A DNA stretch of 64,000 bases from Octopus sinensis (taxonomy: Eukaryota): assembly GCF_006345805.1 (NCBI RefSeq), contig NC_043015.1:11904001-11968000 (forward strand). The letters run 5' to 3'. Below, in pieces: positions 39,797 through 53,131 of this stretch (positions are counted from its first letter, which is position 1; each line of letters opens with the position of its first letter). A model generated the notes under the pieces. It was not told the origin of the DNA, did no database searches, and worked only from the letters and a program-made list of their open reading frames with translations. A program made the translations under genes and the position numbers.

Positions 39797-40028
39797 ATTT
39801 CTTTATTGCCCACAAGGGGCTAAAAATAGAGGGAACAAACAAGGACAGACGAAGGTATTAAGTCGATTACATTGAATCCAGTGCGTAACTGGTACTTAAT
39901 TTATCGACCTCGAAAGGATGAAAGGCAAAGTCAACCTCGGCGGAATACGAACTCAGAACGTAACGGCAGACGAAATACTGCTAAGCATTTCGCTCGGCGT
40001 GCTAACGTTTCTGTCAGCTCGCCGCCTT
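39797..40028 (-). mobile_element. SINE family C, full length, with a perfect 17-bp TSD
   Basis: AACTCTAACAATATTGT at 39780-39796 and 40029-40045. Confidence 0.93.
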
Positions 40029-40902
40029 AACTCTAACAATATTGTGTTAGATTGATGGAAGAAGTAGTTTGAGTCTAGACAAATTGCTTCACTGTCTTCC
40101 TTCCGTCACTAAACGTTCGAAATTTAAATCTCAACGAGTCAAAATTCCTTTCTTTTTCTTGAGTCGTTAAAATAATTACCATTTAAGTATCTGTGTAGTT
40201 CTAAATAGTTTCCAGATACGTTTCAAAGATATGCACCAATAATTTTTATTGATTACACTATCAGCACCCATCTCTACAGTAGCATCTTTTTCTAGCGTCT
40301 GACGGAGAAAACGAACCCGACACGTTATACTTTCCACTAACCAAAGCAATCATGCTAATCTACATACAAAATCTTTTGGATTAATTGTTGTTGACACAGT
40401 TCCTCGCCTGCTTTCCAGGATTACAGACTTTGACTTCTCAGATATCGGAAACAACACGAAGCTTAAATTACATCATGACCTTAACTTAATTAATCCAGTT
40501 CACATTTCGATATAGACATAAGCTTAAAGGTCGAACATCAATTGGATAACAGAATGCTACATTTAAGAGAACATGAATCCTATAACCAATCAGGATACGA
40601 GAACACGCTTAAATTCTTCATAAACGCGTTCAAATTCTTCATAGATACGTGGAGTATTGAGCTTATTAAAACACTTAATTCTCCACTCGATATTAATACC
40701 ATTAAAACATAGTTCGATCATAGAATAGCCACGCAAGTTTCTGTCACTACAGTGAAAGTTTAGAGTAATAGAGATATAGAGATTAAACGAGAGAGGGGTG
40801 TTCAAATGAAGTAGGAGGTGGGGACACGAGATGTGTAAGAATGTATAATACCAGCAGAAAGCGAAAAGTTCATTTATAAGAATTCATTTAGATATACGAT
40901 TT

Positions 40903-41419
40903 CGGTATTTCGTCTGCCGTTACTTTCTGAGTTCAAATTCCACCGAGGTCGACTTTGCCTTTCATCCTTTCGGTGTCGATGTAATCAACTTAACCCCCTT
41001 GTCTGTCCTTGTTCGTCTGCTCTATGTTTAGCCACCTGTAGGCGATTGTTGGCACTCCATCGATTACGACGACGAGGGTACCAGTTCATCCGATCGACCG
41101 AACATCTTGCTCGTGAAATTAACGTGCAAGTGGCTGAGCACTCTACAAACACGTGTACCCTTAACGTAGTTCTCGGAGATATTCAGTGTGACATAGAGTG
41201 TACCAAGGCTGGCCCTTTGAATTTCATGTACAACAGAAACAGGAAGTAAGAGTGAGAGAAAGTTCTAGTGAAGAGTACAGGCTCGTGGAGCTTTAGGTGT
41301 TTTCGCTCAATAAACACTCACAACGCCCGGTCTGGGAATCGAAGCTGCGATCCTATGATCGCGAGTCCGCTGCCCTAACCACTGGGCCATTGCGCCTCCC
41401 ACCAGTGGGCAATAAAGAA

Positions 41420-41421
<2 letters not shown>
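40903..41421. mobile_element. SINE family C (plus; 40903-41047 and 41399-41421) interrupted by SINE family B (minus; ~41050-41398)
   Basis: The family C tail ...gtttagcc...gtgggcaataaagaaat is split by the family B copy. Degenerate duplication ccacctgtaggcgat / ccaccagtgggcaat. Confidence 0.8.
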
Positions 41422-41490
<69 letters not shown>

Positions 41491-41491
41491 G

Positions 41492-41741
41492 ATTGAGTGA
41501 GAGAGCAGTGTATGCCATCAAAGTGACACTGGGGTGAAATATTCTAAGCCCAGTATACCCATCATGATAAGAGTACACCAGGCACATACATTACAACCAT
41601 ATGTGTGAAACATGGTGATCTCATATCAAGATAAACAGTGCATGACCTTGCAGGTGGGGGCCCAGTTAGAATTTTCTTCAGGTTGAGTAGCCCATCTCAC
41701 TCAAAAGGTCCCTGAATAAGGGTTGTTTAAGGATGTTGAAC
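41492..41741 (+). repeat. Interspersed repeat adjacent to (ATT)n; same family as 1-93
   Basis: Homology with the start of the window. Confidence 0.8.
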
Positions 41742-41854
41742 GGGGTAAAAAGTGAAAGAAGAAACTAGAAAAATGGAAGATAGTATGAGAGCATGTGTGC
41801 TTCGATGTGTGAGAGTTTGCAATGAATGATGGTGGAGAGGTGAAGGAGGTGAAG

Positions 41855-42164
41855 GAGGTGGGCGTCTTCAAGGCTGTAGTTTCCAATTCGGAATTTTTGG
41901 AACCACCGTTGACACTGGTTTACACTTATTGTGCGATCCCCGTACACTGCATAATATTCCTCGCTCTTTCCGTTGCTTTGTTTCCTTTATTGAACTCATA
42001 AAGCAAAATATGCTGAATAGGCTTCTTTGTCACTTTCCTTATCGCTTTGGAAAAAATTACTCTTAAAATTGCTTGTATAGCAAGTTGGTGCAGGTAGTCT
42101 ATCCCGTCTCCTCCGACTTTTAGTTCATGCAATTGAAAAAAACACTTTATTTATGGAATGACCC

Positions 42165-42167
<3 letters not shown>
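41855..42167 (-). mobile_element. 5' fragment of a mariner transposon (N-terminal HTH)
   Basis: IQHILLYEFNKGNKATERARNI, then MYGDRTISVNQCQRWFQKFRIGNYSLED (Mos1-type HTH); TIR-like ATTGGGTCATTCCATAAATAAAG. Confidence 0.85.
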
Positions 42168-42201
<34 letters not shown>

Positions 42202-42204
<3 letters not shown>

Positions 42205-42262
42205 GAAACATATGTCGAGAATAAAGGAATTTTGTTAAATCGTCGTTCGACTCCATTCTTTC

Positions 42263-42306
<44 letters not shown>

Positions 42307-42369
42307 GAAACATATGTCGAGAATAAAGGAATTTTGTTAAATCGTCGTTCGACTCCATTCTTTCATTTA
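42202..42369 (+). repeat. Two identical ~66-bp units separated by (TA)n (102-bp period)
   Basis: ttcgaaacatatgtcgagaataaagg...ctccattctttcattta at 42202 and 42304. Confidence 0.9.
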
Positions 42370-42377
42370 TATATATA

Positions 42378-42425
<48 letters not shown>

Positions 42426-42498
42426 ACATACGTATGTATGTATGTATGTAGGACAATCAGTAAGTTGTCATAATCGAGGTTTCATTCTTTTGTTGTCA

Positions 42499-42499
<1 letters not shown>

Positions 42500-42542
<43 letters not shown>

Positions 42543-42670
42543 TATTATTATTATTATTATTATTATTATCATTATTTTTATTATTGTTATTATTATTATT
42601 ATTGTTATTATTGTTATTATATGTACATAGATAGATGGATAGAAAGAAAGGAAGATAGATAGATAGGTAG

Positions 42671-42724
<54 letters not shown>

Positions 42725-42803
42725 ACACACATACATATACATGCATATACACGGGTAAAGAATGTAAATTGTTTAGCTGGTCAGTGACGAAGAATGTTGC
42801 TGC

Positions 42804-42838
<35 letters not shown>

Positions 42839-42850
42839 CAGGAGGAGGAG
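42500..42850. repeat. (ATT)n, (GATA)n, (GA)n and (GTA)n microsatellite cluster
   Basis: Direct reading. Confidence 0.9.
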
Positions 42851-43639
42851 GGGTATTACTTGTTAGAGTAATCTTGTCATTATTTTTGTTATTAATTTCA
42901 TTATTTAATTTGATTTGATTTATTTAGCATCCTTTATATAACTTTCATTAGTTTGTTGTTTTTTTAACAAAATATTACAAATTACAATCGAGAAAATTGT
43001 CGAATTATATTTCAGTAAGAGTATTAAGAATGGGAGAAAATTATTAAAACTGTAAAACGTTAAACATTTTAAATGATATGCCTTAATGTAAACGAACACA
43101 TTACAAGAAGAAATTTACTTTGATCCTTTTGTGAAACCTGATAATCATGAGTGCTGGAAATTATACAAGTGTACATTTTCAAGTATTATTTTTCCTATTA
43201 AAGAAATAAAAGCACAAAACAGATTTCATTAAAATCACGCTAATTTATCAGTATTCTGTTTTGTTTTGATTCAAAATGGCTTCCATTCTCTTCAAAAACA
43301 CCTCGTACAACATTTATTAGAAATTATATCATGCAAACACATGCATAATATTACTTTAAAAATGCCTCTATACACAGATCTAACTTGAAGCATATATGTA
43401 CGCAATGACGAATTTTTTTTCATTTCTGAAGGAGGATCGAATGCCTGTTGATTGAGAAACCCGTGTTGTTGTTATTATTTTTATGGTGCTCATCATCATC
43501 ATCATCATCATCATTATCATCAACGTCGTCGTCATCTTCATTATTAAAATTATTATTATGTTTTCATACTCAGCTTCTAACGCTGAAGAGGTATTACTGT
43601 GTCAGCTGTTCACCATCAGTGAACTTAAGGTAACACCCC

Positions 43640-45880
43640 TTACTTTTCGACCAGTTCCAAGCAAGTGTTCGACCCGTGTGGCAACCCCTATTTGTTCACT
43701 GTACATCTTTACTTACTGCTCCTAAGATCTTTAATGTTCCTAAGGCTCCGACAATTACTGGTATTACTACCACCTTTTTCAGCAACCTAAACTATTTAAA
43801 CTTCCTAGCTAACCCGTCATATCTACCAACACTTTATAATTCTTTAACGCATACCTTATTGCCAGTTTGACATGCTATATCTATCATTCAGCACTGTTTG
43901 CTTTCTAAGTTATCACTATATCTGGTTTTCTATTCTTTATCTCATCACTCTTTATCTCACCTTACTGAATCATATAGTCTCATAAGACTGTTGCACTTGA
44001 TATCTATTTTCGTAGAACTTTTCAGTTGATGTCAGGATATAGCAGGTCTTAATATCTATGAAGTGGATTCCTTCTACAGACCGACCAAGTATCCTAAGTG
44101 TTGAAATCATCACTGGTACTACAAGTGCATAGCGAGATATTGTCTAGTTGTAAGAGAATTCGGTCTTCCGTATTTTTCTTATTTTTCTAAGTCTGATGTA
44201 ATATTCTTATGCTACTCTTTCTTTGTTTACAGCACCTTCGTATTCAATGCCTCAGTATTTGCATCATTCTTTGTGTGCAACAACAGAGATATAGAGACTG
44301 TTGATACACAGATATGGGGTTTCGGGGACTGATTTTCCAGTTTCAACAATCAAATACGAACACTTCTTTTTGCCAAATTCCATTCCTCTGTCGGCTGAAA
44401 ATGTGAACTCAGATAGGTTTGTTATTTTCTTTTCTTTTCTTTTTTTTTGTTTTCTTTTCTTACATTGACAACTATTTTAGCAGAAAACTTCAAATAATCC
44501 ACAAAACAAATATGGGTTACTACATTACACCTCTACCAGTTATAGGGTCATCAGAAAGTAGCTGTTGGATTTTTATAACAAAAATGATAACGAATTTGAA
44601 TCCAAAATATACAAAATTACAGAAATACTTATAACATTAGAAATGATCCTTTCATTCTTAATTGTAAGCTGAGGATTGTTGCCCAGGTCTTTCTAATGGC
44701 AGCAACTAAGGTAAGCAGTTGTGCTAAGTGCAGATACTTCAATATCGATGAGTGAGGAATATAGCCGAATGTTTTCCTATAATCATACTACACTATCGCC
44801 ATGTTTATAAGGTACTTTCTTACGTCGCACATTACAGCTTACTTTTTTGGGTACATCTCCGTACTCCTGTCTTTCTAGTTACCTGTTTATCAGTCACTAT
44901 GTTGTTGAACTCACAACGGTCCCGGAGGAATTGGTTGAAACATTTTGTATACAGCTTGTATATAATGTTTAGGCAAATAATGGTCCCAGAGTTTTCTGCT
45001 AACTCGATAGTTTCATTCTTGGCTACATGATTTGTTCATGCAAACCAATTTAGTACATCAATGTTGCCTTCCATTGTTCTTTTGAATATACATATTAACG
45101 ACTTTCTGAAGAAACCAACCTCTTGTAGCAGTTTTCAACTATTAATGGGATGGCACCCTTCCATGTACCTTACCATTATGTAGTTTGTCTACGTTTATGG
45201 TGAAAGTTTCAGGCTCGTTTATGTATGTTTTACTGTCGATGTCTGTACTGTATTCTTTCTTACCTGTGTTTATCCACGATACATTCTGGTTGAAATATCT
45301 TTTCGTTCCAGATCTGATCTTAGACCAGAACGATTGAAGATGATTTTGAGGATTTTTCTTAACAGCAATAGCTTTCTTCCTCTTGGTATAATACCTGCGG
45401 ACAGGATGGTAACTTGTCATTTATATTGTCTCTCTTGGATATTTTCACAGGATAAAGAAGTTTTTCGCTCAGTGTTTTGAGTTCCTGATTTAAAGTTAAT
45501 AGGTTTCCAAGAACTTCCAGTGAGGTAGAGTTTTCTTTTTTTTTTGCATAAGATGTAACTAGTGAGATGTGAAGTCATTATTGTCTTTGAACTTTGTTAC
45601 CGTCGTTCACCTAATATGGTAGGGTCGAATATTGTTGTTGATGTTTTCTTCAAGTGTTGTTTTCCATCCCGGTCTCTTCCATTTAGTAATTTTTTTAGCA
45701 CGTGTACTTCAGATTTCTTCCTGAGTTTTCTTTATGTATAATAGCAGTTGTGACAAGGAAGGTGTTAATTTCCAGCACTCTTCAGCAACATTGTCGACAA
45801 AACTGGAGATTAGAACCGTTAGCTGTTTCTTTAATCTTATTACGAATGGTTTGTCACTCTACGACAGCTCAGGAAAGCTA
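43640..45880 (-). mobile_element. Degenerate R4/Dong-like (restriction-like endonuclease, RLE) non-LTR retrotransposon
   Basis: Minus-strand remnants in the expected order: FWSKI...FNQNVSW, IICLNIIYKLYTKC...YDYRKTFGYIPH, GMEFGKKKC...NKERV..EYYIRLRK, RKPDIVI, MIDIAC and KVVVIPVIVGALG. Confidence 0.75.
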
Positions 45881-46663
45881 GAAAATTTTTTTACTAACTG
45901 TGGTTTCAAAATGTTCTTAATTTAAATATACTTGAGTTGTTTCTGCCGAATCAGTTCTATGTGAAGATATATATGAGAGTTTAGAGATGGCTGCAGTTAT
46001 TTGTTAACATTAATTTTCGATCTCTTTTATTGTAGATTTTGGCCAGTTGTCTGTATGTTAAGAAGGTCAACTAACATCACGAGAGTTGGAATATCAATTA
46101 CAATCTGTACTGACCATCATTTGCAGGAAAAAATAATTTTTGTTTCTGAAATCGTTTCTCCGTACATTACTAAATTTTGGGCTTTCTCATAGCACCGAAA
46201 TAGATCTTGATTTAAATATAAAGACCAGCTGAAGCGAAAATAATACTTCTATCGTCTTAAATATCTTACAGATGCTGTAGTATTACCGTGTTGGTGTCAG
46301 TATTGGTGTTGTGATTATCAACATCAGTAACGCTCGTCTCAAGAAAATTTTTACGTGGAGTAATGTGTATTTTATAATTTGGTCAGAAGAGCGCTACGTT
46401 GGCAAGTAAAAGATGTTCGTTTTTTTATAACAGACGGGAAAACAAGCAGTAACTGATTTATACTGGAGGAGTCACCATAATTGTAGGTGAAAACGTTCAA
46501 AACAGCATTTTTAAACGGTCCTGTATCCCTGTACATCTTAGCTGACGATACTGTGATAAGGTTATGTATATATGTATGTATATGTATTTATGTATGTATG
46601 TATTAATACATTACGTATGTGTGCGTGAGAGAGTGTGTGCGTATGTTTGTGAGGTGTGTGTAC

Positions 46664-46818
<155 letters not shown>

Positions 46819-47147
46819 GGGATGTAGGGAGGTAGGGCGCGAGGGAGCGAGGGAGGTAGGTAAATATAAACATAGCTAGAGGTATCATAAATAGAGGAAA
46901 TTGAGAAATGGACAGGAAATTGGGTAGCAGACACTATAACAATGTCTATAAACAAAAAGAATCAAACAAGTTGATAGAAAAATAATAAATGAATAAAATA
47001 TTATAAATACGATATAATAAACAAAATAATTAGCTTTGCTTGATGTTATAAATTGTTAGTTGTGATTAAAAAAAATATCATTACGTATCTAGATTATAAT
47101 TGCGAATTGTCATTAATACGAGCAATAAGTATATAAAAATGATATAT

Positions 47148-47190
47148 ATGTGGTTTGATCAATAAGTATCCGGACTGTTGCCATAGATAA
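47148..47190 (+). mobile_element. Possible isolated mariner-type TIR remnant
   Basis: tgtggtttgatcaataagtatccggactgttgccatag resembles mariner TIRs (from memory only). Confidence 0.35.
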
Positions 47191-47214
47191 CCAGCCTAAC
47201 TTGCAGCCAGATGA

Positions 47215-48128
47215 CCAGTCAGGCGTTCAACCAGGCGACTAGGTCAATGAACGGCAAGACGGTCCGACAGACCAACCTACACCAGGCCCAAGTTTTCCTG
47301 CTGGTGTTGTTACAAGCCCAGAGATGTTTTGCCCATTAAGGAAGGCTTCCCCTAGGAAGACAGGATGGGGTCGTGAAAGTCGCAAGAGGTGCCAAACAAC
47401 CATTCTAACTTTAACTCCCGTAAAACAGCGCATAGTGAATGAAATAAACGAACGGAAATCCAAACCAAAGAAGGCAACTGGTAGAGAAAAAGCAACAAAG
47501 GGGAAGGGAAAGTCAGCTAAAACAGGTAAAGGCAAAGGGAAGCAGACTCGCAGCAAGCAAGTCGCCGAGTAGAAATGCCTTGTCTGCTCAGATTGGTATT
47601 CCAACTCTCTTCCCGGTGAAGAATGGGTGCAATGCATGATCTGTAAAGACTGGACACACACTGACTGTACGACAGGACTTTCTGTCTGATCTGTGTCGTG
47701 AGAAGTTAATGGAGAACTATTCCGACAAGATGGCACATGATGAGGACTCTCAGTATCACAGTTAGGATATGAGGTGGTTCAAATCACAGTTAATTAATTA
47801 AAATAATACTTCCTAGATGCAAGAAGCTACAGACGTATTCATTTTAAACTCATTTGTTAACATAATTCCGAGTTATCGACAGTTGTAACAAAGTACCCCA
47901 GTAAGTGTCACAACGTACCCACCTCATTAATTAGGTGATACCACCTCATTAATTAGAACCTGTCTAATTAATGTTAAGTAATTTCTGGGATTTTTTTTTT
48001 TTGCTGGTGATAACAATAAATAGAGTTATTTTACTAAAGAAATCTGAAAAGAAATTTCAGCTGTGTTGATTTATGTGGGTTCCAAGGCAAAAAAATGAAA
48101 AAATGTAACTAGACCCGGTCTCCCCTAC
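47215..48128 (+). mobile_element. 3' part of a pogo/Fot1-like DNA transposon whose transposase ends in a PHD finger
   Basis: SPEMFCPLRKASPRK...TTILTLTP, a Lys-rich linker, then *KCLVCSDWYSNSLPGEEWVQCMICKDWTHTDC. Terminal gacccggtctcccctac and subterminal repeats ccacctcattaattag. Confidence 0.7.
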
Positions 48129-49365
48129 TTACTAAAAATTCGGTCCCTTGATTCTAGATTTTGCTTCCACGACAAGAATTTCTTCATTAAGTCTTCTATA
48201 GACGTTGCTACATGTTTCCACAGACGAACAGACTTGAACTATTTTATTATGCCTTAAAAGAACAAATAAACAGAAGGAGAACTGAGCCTCCATTAGTATG
48301 TAATTGCGCACAAATATTACTTACTGTACTCAAATCTAACTGTTACTTTGCTGACTACATCTCTATATATGACTTGCACCGTACTGACAAGCCTTTCTCA
48401 CAGGCTGATATATTGTCTTCTTAAAAGAAAAACTGCAAGTTACTCTGTCAGACGTCTTCTTCAGATCAATATGCTATGTAAAGAGGCTTACTATTAGCCA
48501 AAAATTTCTATACGAAGAGCCTTTACAAAATTTCCATCAATCTAATTCTATTCATAATGTATGCTGTAACGTCACTTTATCCACGTGCCTTCTTCCAGTT
48601 TCATACAGTAAAATTATGGTAGAAGGTACGTGCCTAAGGTGCCGCATAGTAATACCGAATGCGGAATTTGTGACTACAAGGCGAACTTCCTAACTACAGA
48701 ATTATACCTGGACCAAACACATCTTTTATCAACCCTTGGTAGGAATTAAACTCAGAGCATAGAAGTGCGAAGCTAAATACAATAAATCATTTAGTCCCAG
48801 CGCGCATTACACAAAATCGCTTTTCTTTTACACAAATAAAATTGAATGAAAACAACTCGGACGCTCTTACTATTCATTAACATATTGCACAGTCAAACAC
48901 GTATTATATCGTACAAGGAATTCTTCAATATATTGCCATTGGTGTCGTCTTGCTGAATCGTAAAAGAATCGCTTTTGCTTTGATGGGAACAATCTCTTCC
49001 GTTTGAATTATACTGCCAGCTTAGAATAATTCTTTTCTATGGCAGCTTTAGTTACAAGTCTCTGCTTTATCGCTTCAATTTCAATACGAAACCCTTTTCT
49101 CTTTCATCTAATATTTCCGTATCAGTATTCTTTGCTCAGATTTCTGTAACATTCTTATGTTCACCCACAATGCCATAATTAAAGGTTCTGCTAAGATCTT
49201 TCTTCAGATTCCTGATACCTCCGCTGGGTATTTTACCAAGTGCGTTCACTGTCTACTTCTCTCTTTCTTTCTTCATTTCCACTTGTTTTGTGGCGAATAT
49301 TTTTCTTACTAGTCCATGAGATTATACGATTAAGCAGTGTTGTATCTCGACAGGTCTTTGAATAT

Positions 49366-49439
<74 letters not shown>

Positions 49440-49689
49440 CTCTCTCTCTCAGCAGATATTCCTTGAGTTTAATAGTTTCTTATTCACACGCAAGCATAAG
49501 TACATATACTTACACACGTACACATATAAAAATGTGTATACACATATGTATGTTTATACATAACATATATTTTGTCCCACAGAGTGTTCAACAAGCACCC
49601 ACCTCACCAAGCAAGCCTGGTGGGGGTTGCCAGTTTAGTTGCCGGCGACCTGAACATGGTTGTACTGGACTTCATGTTACCAGTAGCAC

Positions 49690-50075
49690 TGAAGAGCAAC
49701 CTGACATATATGTGTGGTTTGTGAGCGGAGGCGTTTGAGTCGTCCAGGCCTGGTGAGTCATCAAAATTCTCATAGAATTCGACCCATGATAAACAACGAT
49801 GTGGCTATTAAAATTCATAATAGAACGTGTGTAAAATGTGGAAGGGTGTGCCTCTCAGTTGGAGGTCTAAAAAGACATGTTAAGAGAGTGCATATGGTGG
49901 CACCTGTTTCTCCTGCCAGTCAGCACAGTTGTCCAGTATGTAATAAAATGTGTAAAAGCTTGGCTGGGTTTAAAAGTCATATAAAGGCATCACATGGCAA
50001 GGCAGCAATCATGAATCATTTCAGTAAGTCTTCTTGGCAATGGTTTTTCTCGTGTAACGAGGATGCAGCTGTGAT
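49690..50075 (+). pseudogene. Fragment with two intact and one broken C2H2 zinc fingers; probably a LINE 3' end
   Basis: CVKCGRVCLSVGGLKRHVKRVH and [22 protein letters not shown], preceded by VCERRRLSRPGLVSHQNSH. No TGEKP linkers. Ends at (TA)n. Confidence 0.65.
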
Positions 50076-50082
50076 ATAAATA

Positions 50083-50133
<51 letters not shown>

Positions 50134-50184
50134 GATATGTATATAATATATATATATGTATGTATGTATGTATGTATATATATG

Positions 50185-50216
<32 letters not shown>

Positions 50217-50247
50217 TATGTATATATATATAGAGAGAGAGAGAGAC

Positions 50248-50275
<28 letters not shown>

Positions 50276-50279
<4 letters not shown>

Positions 50280-50610
50280 TGGTTGTATACTGTCAACTTA
50301 ACGTGACAGTCCCGTAAGGGAATTTCACCACCGCTGTTTAGCCCTAGGAAGTATCGACGCTTCCTGTCGGCCTTGACATATTTTCCTGTGTCCTTATATA
50401 TTTACGAAGGGGAGACAAATACCCCCAACAAATACCCTTCGTAAATATATAAGGACACAGGAAAAATGTGTCAAGGCCGACAGGAAGCGTCGATGCTTCC
50501 TAGGGCTAAACAGTGGTGTTGAAATTCCCTTACGGGACTGTCACGTTAAGTTGACTGTATACAACCACTCTATCGCTCCACCACCGTACATATCTCTATG
50601 AGATATTTAG
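50276..50610. mobile_element. Near-perfect palindrome (arms 50276-50411 and 50435-50571, 23-bp spacer); same family as 10425-10693
   Basis: ~136-bp arms read directly, with few mismatches. Confidence 0.9.
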
Positions 50611-50632
50611 AAATTTAATATTTCTGATCATC

Positions 50633-50676
<44 letters not shown>

Positions 50677-50853
50677 TACCCCAAAAAAGTCCCCCACCAA
50701 CACCCCTTTAAACCTGCCTAAATGTATAAATGCCAATACAATTCTTGTTAACTAGCTTCTGAAGATTTCTCTTGAATGAAACAGTTCTAGTCCTGTAGAA
50801 GCTCCTTCTAATAATAAATATTAATATATATAATATATATATATATATATAGG

Positions 50854-50886
<33 letters not shown>

Positions 50887-50944
50887 ACAATATATATATA
50901 CATACATATATATATTTATATATATATGTATATATATATATATC

Positions 50945-50997
<53 letters not shown>

Positions 50998-51049
50998 CAT
51001 ATATATATATATATATATACATATATATATTATATATATATGTATATAT

Positions 51050-51200
51050 ACCAGAGTAAGCACATAATTGTGAAACAAGATGAGAAAAAGAGTACTCGAA
51101 TATTGACAAAAGCAGCAATAATATCACAAAAGATGTTACTCAGAGTTTCACGTTCCCGTCAATCGGACATTGTGATGATTTTGCTGCATTTTTAATAAAG
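51050..51200 (-). mobile_element. Diverged family D copy; HHR-like fold at 51133-51170 with a degenerate core
   Basis: Minus strand reads ATGT CCGATTG ACG-GGAA-CGT GAAA CTC-T-GAG TA ACAT. Confidence 0.7.
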
Positions 51201-51259
51201 TATATATATATATATATCGATAATAAGCCCAACCAAACACATAGATTAACAGCCACAAC

Positions 51260-51290
<31 letters not shown>

Positions 51291-51331
51291 CAGCGCGCAC
51301 GCACATATCCACACTTACACACACATACCTC

Positions 51332-51493
51332 CAGGCTTCTTTCAATTTCCGTCTACTAAATCCACTCACAAGGTTTTGGTCGGGGCCCGAGGCTATAATA
51401 GAAGACACTTGCCCAAGCTGCCGCGTAGTGGGAATGAACCCGGAACCATATCGTTGGTAAGCAAGCTACTTACCACACAGCCACTCCTGCGCC
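51332..51493 (-). mobile_element. 5' half of SINE family A
   Basis: Homologous to 7159-7320. Confidence 0.88.
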
Positions 51494-51504
51494 TATATGC
51501 ATAT

Positions 51505-52110
51505 ATGGGTACAGGACTTCACCAACTGTAAACAACATGAAGCACGAAAACAAACGAGTTAAATATGCAAACAACCAGAAAAAATGGAAAATAGGACAAG
51601 TAACACAAAGAACAACCTTTCATCAGTTGTTGGCTTTCTATCTACTCCTCATTTCGAGCATTCAACGACAATATGAGTCTTCGAAGACAGCTGCTCCCAT
51701 AACCTCCAAATTAGAATTTTGGGTTTTATGGAGGATCAAAGTTGGGAACAAAACAGGACAGACGAGACATACAAGGAAACCGGACGAAAACAAACCTAGA
51801 GGGTCGTTAGACCAGAACAAGGGGAAAATAGTGAACGCTAAGAGAAATATTTTCTTTGAAAAGTGAAAAGATAGAAGAGAGAGATAGAAGACATCCTGTC
51901 CTAAGAATGTTCGTGCAGAAAAAGAAAGCTGGTCACGTGAGGAAAGGAAAGATGGTTGCTGGTCACGTGTGACAAACGAGAGACAAAAATGAGAAAGAGG
52001 GAGAGAGGGACAGGTAAAAAATGGTGGAGAAACAGGGAATTAGAGAAGGATGGGGAGAAAACAGAATAAAGTAGAGTCGCATCAAAAAGGTTAAGATAAA
52101 CTTATTTGGA
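51505..52110. repeat. Unclassified purine-rich interspersed repeat, possibly Penelope pLTR-like
   Basis: Architecture resembles 7562-7870 and 12203-12500; no clear HHR found. Confidence 0.35.
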
Positions 52111-52188
52111 AATGGATGCGTGGCGTTCAATAAAATAGTAATATAAATAAAATATATATATACATATATGCATATATATGTGTTATAT

Positions 52189-52307
52189 ACTCAGAGTAAC
52201 AGGTTTTGTTGAATTTTCTGCTGCATTAAATAAAGCATATTACTCTATCACTGGTATTTGAGTACTCTTTTTTCCACCTTGTTTCACATTTATGTGTTTA
52301 CTCCGGT
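52189..52307 (+). mobile_element. Family D copy truncated at the HHR helix III
   Basis: Begins actcagagtaacagg and matches the reverse complement of 32741-32858. Confidence 0.85.
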
Positions 52308-52625
<318 letters not shown>

Positions 52626-53100
52626 TACCAAATAACAACTTATATAATTGTTAGCTGGTTGAAATCACGCTTTGAGATATAAAAAATTGGATGCAGAAAG
52701 AGTTAACATAAGAGGTGCGGCATGAGTGCCTTGCAACTTTTAGAAAGAAATATACACATTTTTAATGAAATTTTGCAGAGACAGGTCTTCGATGGCATAA
52801 ATTGTTATTATGCTGATAAAATTCAGAAAACTAATAACATATATTTATTGCAAATAATCAAATAAGAAATTTGTTTTATTTAAGTTTATTTTAAAGTATC
52901 AAGAAATTGAAGAAATTTTATTTATCATATATGTCGTAGTTTCTGCTCTTACCCATCATCACGAAAGTATACTTTTAAATTACCCAGCACATGACGGGTA
53001 ACGTACTAGTATACATATGATGTATATCCTTACTGAACAAAATATATACGTCCATACTATTTTGATTTATTCATTTTAATACACACTCACTCACGCACAA

Positions 53101-53131
<31 letters not shown>

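Noticed and set aside
51590-51700. CTGATGA and GAAA on the minus strand of the 51.5 kb repeat
   Set aside because: I could not build the flanking helices.
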